Of a stretch of DNA of 64,000 nucleotides, positions 61,799 to 64,000 are shown one piece after another; the first letter of the stretch is position 1; each line of letters begins with the position of its first letter. The translations under genes were made by a program, and so were the position numbers. The stretch lies in assembly GCA_963662545.2 (NCBI GenBank), contig CAXXLL010000003.1, positions 1,216,001-1,280,000 on the forward strand. The letters are read 5' to 3'. This DNA is from Gammaproteobacteria bacterium (lineage in GTDB: Bacteria > Pseudomonadota > Gammaproteobacteria > Ga0077536). Below the pieces are notes generated by a model. The model was not told the origin of the DNA. It made no database searches and saw only the letters and a list, made by a program, of their open reading frames with translations.

Positions 61799-62009
61799 CA
61801 GACTGTGTGAAAACTCAAAAATACGACGACGAAATAAAAATATTCCCCACTTTGAGAGGTGGCGCATGATATGGAACTTGTCATAGATGATCCGCGCCTG
61901 CGGTGCGTTGTTCATGACCCCTCGAATAGGGATCGGCATTTCAATTAGATCCAATTTCGAGGGTAGTTCCCCCACTTTTGAAAAATGAAAATAGTTTTCA
62001 CACAGTCTG
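61799..62009. mobile_element. 211-bp MITE, family B, with an internal insert; right end tandemly duplicated to 62104
   Basis: Same TIRs and backbone as the 42087 copy; GACC target duplication; 84-bp tandem duplication 61937-62020/62021-62104. Confidence 0.85.
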
Positions 62010-62314
62010 GACCCATTGCGCATTTCAATTAGATCCAATTTCGAGGGTAGTTCCCCCACTTTTGAAAAATGAAAATAGTTTTCACACAGTCTGGACCCAT
62101 TGCGGTCGCTCGTTCATATTTCTTGGAACGTGTTTTGACCCTCGCCCGTCTTCAAGAATCGACGTGACAAGCTACTTGAAGATGTAAAGAATCCTAGAAA
62201 ATCGGGGGTTTTGAAGGGGTGAAATTCTTATAAATTTTACAAACCCCGGTAGTTTTGCCGCGCCGTTTTTGAGCGTATGTCGTAAGGCTCTGTAATTGAA
62301 AGATATTATTTTGC

Positions 62315-62329
62315 TGGCATAAATCATGC
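62315..62329 (+). promoter_or_regulatory. Sigma54 -24/-12 promoter of the HxD-repeat gene
   Basis: TGGCATAAATCATGC (GG-N10-GC) after an AT-rich upstream region. Confidence 0.7.
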
Positions 62330-62393
62330 CTTATTTACCCCTTGGAGCAAGTGAATTTCGTCGACAAGCGACCAACAGGCGGAGGGCAACGCA

Positions 62394-63253
62394 ATGTCGG
62401 ACAAGGACACAGGACGCAACTCAGGCCACGACCAAACCAACGAGATAACACGAGAGGCGGACGGTGACTCTTCTGGCAAGCGCCAGAAAACGTTCAGCCG
62501 CCGCGCGCTGCTGGAAGCGGGCTGGAGCGTACCGCTGATTGCGGCGGTGCATTTCCCGACCGACGCCTACGCCGTGTCGGTCCCGGCCCATGTCGATACC
62601 CCGAACCACAGCGACATCCCGCACGGCGACACCCTGGACCACAGCGACACACCGCACAGCGATGGCTCGTCGCACGAGGACTTTCAGACTTTTCACACTG
62701 ATAGCGGTTTTGAAGAGTTCCATGAAGATCATGCCGATGGTAGCGGTCCTCATAACGACGCCTTTATTCACAGCGACAACGATCCGGTTCACGGAGATAG
62801 CACCAGTCCCCACCAAGACACACCTAGTACTCACGGTGACACCACTGATCACTTTGATGGTATTCCCCACAATGACATACGCCCCCACGAAGACGAAGCC
62901 CACCAGGACTTCACCTTTGGCAATGAGCACGCAGATAGTAACCTCCACAATGACAGACGCCCCCACGTAGACGAATCGCCCCACGTGGACGAAGTATTTT
63001 CCAACGCCCACGAGGACACTGGAACCCCACACACCGATGTTGGAGGTCACGGGGATACGACCGAGCCGCATGTCGACTCTCCGCACGCCGATGGACCCAA
63101 CGAGCATTTCGACGAATCTATCCCCCATAATGATGAACCGCATAGTGATGGGGGGGTGTTTCTCCCCCCCCCGGCTCACCTGGTCACGGCGACGCCAGTC
63201 CACATGATGACCTGCCTCACGCCGATGAGCAGGTTCATGGGGACGGGCCGTAG
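62394..63253 (+). CDS. His-Xaa-Asp repeat protein with twin-arginine/RiPP-like leader (frameshift at 63150-63172; uncorrected ORF ends at 63335)
   Basis: GGAGG RBS; SRRALLEAGWSVPLIAAVHFPTDAYA leader; 30 HxD motifs in frame plus 4 more in the shifted frame up to TAG at 63251-53. Confidence 0.85.
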
Positions 63254-63659
63254 GGGCGCGGCGCATGTCGGAGGCTGCTCCGCGGTCCCGGTTCCTTTCG
63301 GCGGCACTCACAGGATTGCGATTTCAAAGGCGTAAAGCTGTATAAATGAAACGACATCGCTGGCGACATGGAAGCCGCATTGGCGGGGTTCTTTTTGGTA
63401 CGCCACGTCCGCAGTTGGCCGGTTGCTGCCGAAATCGTCACCTCGAAGTTTGGCCGGATTGCCTTCGATAGCGGACATCAATTCACGTGGCGGAACTGTC
63501 CGAGCAAGTCTGAACTCCGCGTATAGTCTGTCAGAACGAGTCTGAGTTTTTGCAAATAATGCGAGATCCGGTGATTGCCGGTAAGGTGTCTCCTAAATCT
63601 TCTGGAGAACATCGATGCCCGGGCAATGGATTCCAATAAAGCTTCATGAAAACGCGTTA

Positions 63660-64000
63660 ATGCCCGCGCTGCTTTGCGCGCTGTCGTTGCTGACATACAG
63701 TGCAGCCGCCGTCGATGACACCCGCCTGCTCGGTGCGCACGCGGATCACGACAACTGGCTGACCTACGGGCACGGTTATGCAAACCAGCGCTACAGCGCG
63801 CTCGATCAAATCGATGCCGGAAACGTAGCGCGCCTGGTGCCGAAATGGATCTACCAGACCGGCGTCCTCGGCACGTTTCCGACCAGCCCCATTGTTGCGG
63901 ACGGCGTCATGTACCTGAGCACGCCTTACAACCACGTGGTTGCGCTCGATGCCGCGACGGGCAAACAGCAATGGCGTTATACCCATGAGATGGAGACGGA
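63660..64000 (+). CDS. PQQ-dependent alcohol dehydrogenase family protein (3' end outside window)
   Basis: Hand-translated: signal peptide, NWLTYGHGYANQRYSALDQI, TSPIVADGVMY, ALDAATGKQQWRY. Confidence 0.88.
   Translation, partial: MPALLCALSLLTYSAAAVDDTRLLGAHADHDNWLTYGHGYANQRYSALDQIDAGNVARLVPKWIYQTGVLGTFPTSPIVADGVMYLSTPYNHVVALDAATGKQQWRYTHEMET

Noticed and set aside
61937-62104. Possible CRISPR or second independent MITE insertion
   Set aside because: It is an exact 84-bp tandem duplication that includes flanking DNA and lacks a left TIR.
62421-63311. 296-aa Val-rich minus-strand ORF
   Set aside because: Antisense shadow of the HxD gene (CAC/GAC read as GTG/GTC); the plus strand has the RBS, promoter and leader.

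Overview
GC-rich gammaproteobacterial chromosomal window (lineage inferred from the gene set, not searched). Core genes include CIRCE-preceded groES-groEL, trmH, rep, fadD and dinB. Catabolic genes include an aerobic benzoyl-CoA cluster (boxR-boxC-boxB-[2Fe-2S] ferredoxin-benzoate-CoA ligase, no boxA) next to a TdnQ/AtdA1-like gamma-glutamylation module. There is also a c-di-GMP signalling pair behind a structured leader and many small oxidoreductases. Mobile DNA comprises a complete IS1182 with two cognate MITEs, three 162-bp IS5-like MITEs (TTAA targets) and REP elements. The best candidate for an undescribed system is at 62.3-63.3 kb: a sigma54-preceded gene with a twin-arginine/RiPP-like leader and 34 His-Xaa-Asp motifs, the last 4 hidden behind a homopolymer frameshift. 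It may be a RiPP precursor or an exported metal-binding protein, and no maturase is visible in this window. Several small indels and tandem duplications suggest noisy long-read assembly. All family assignments are from motif recognition; no database searches were run.
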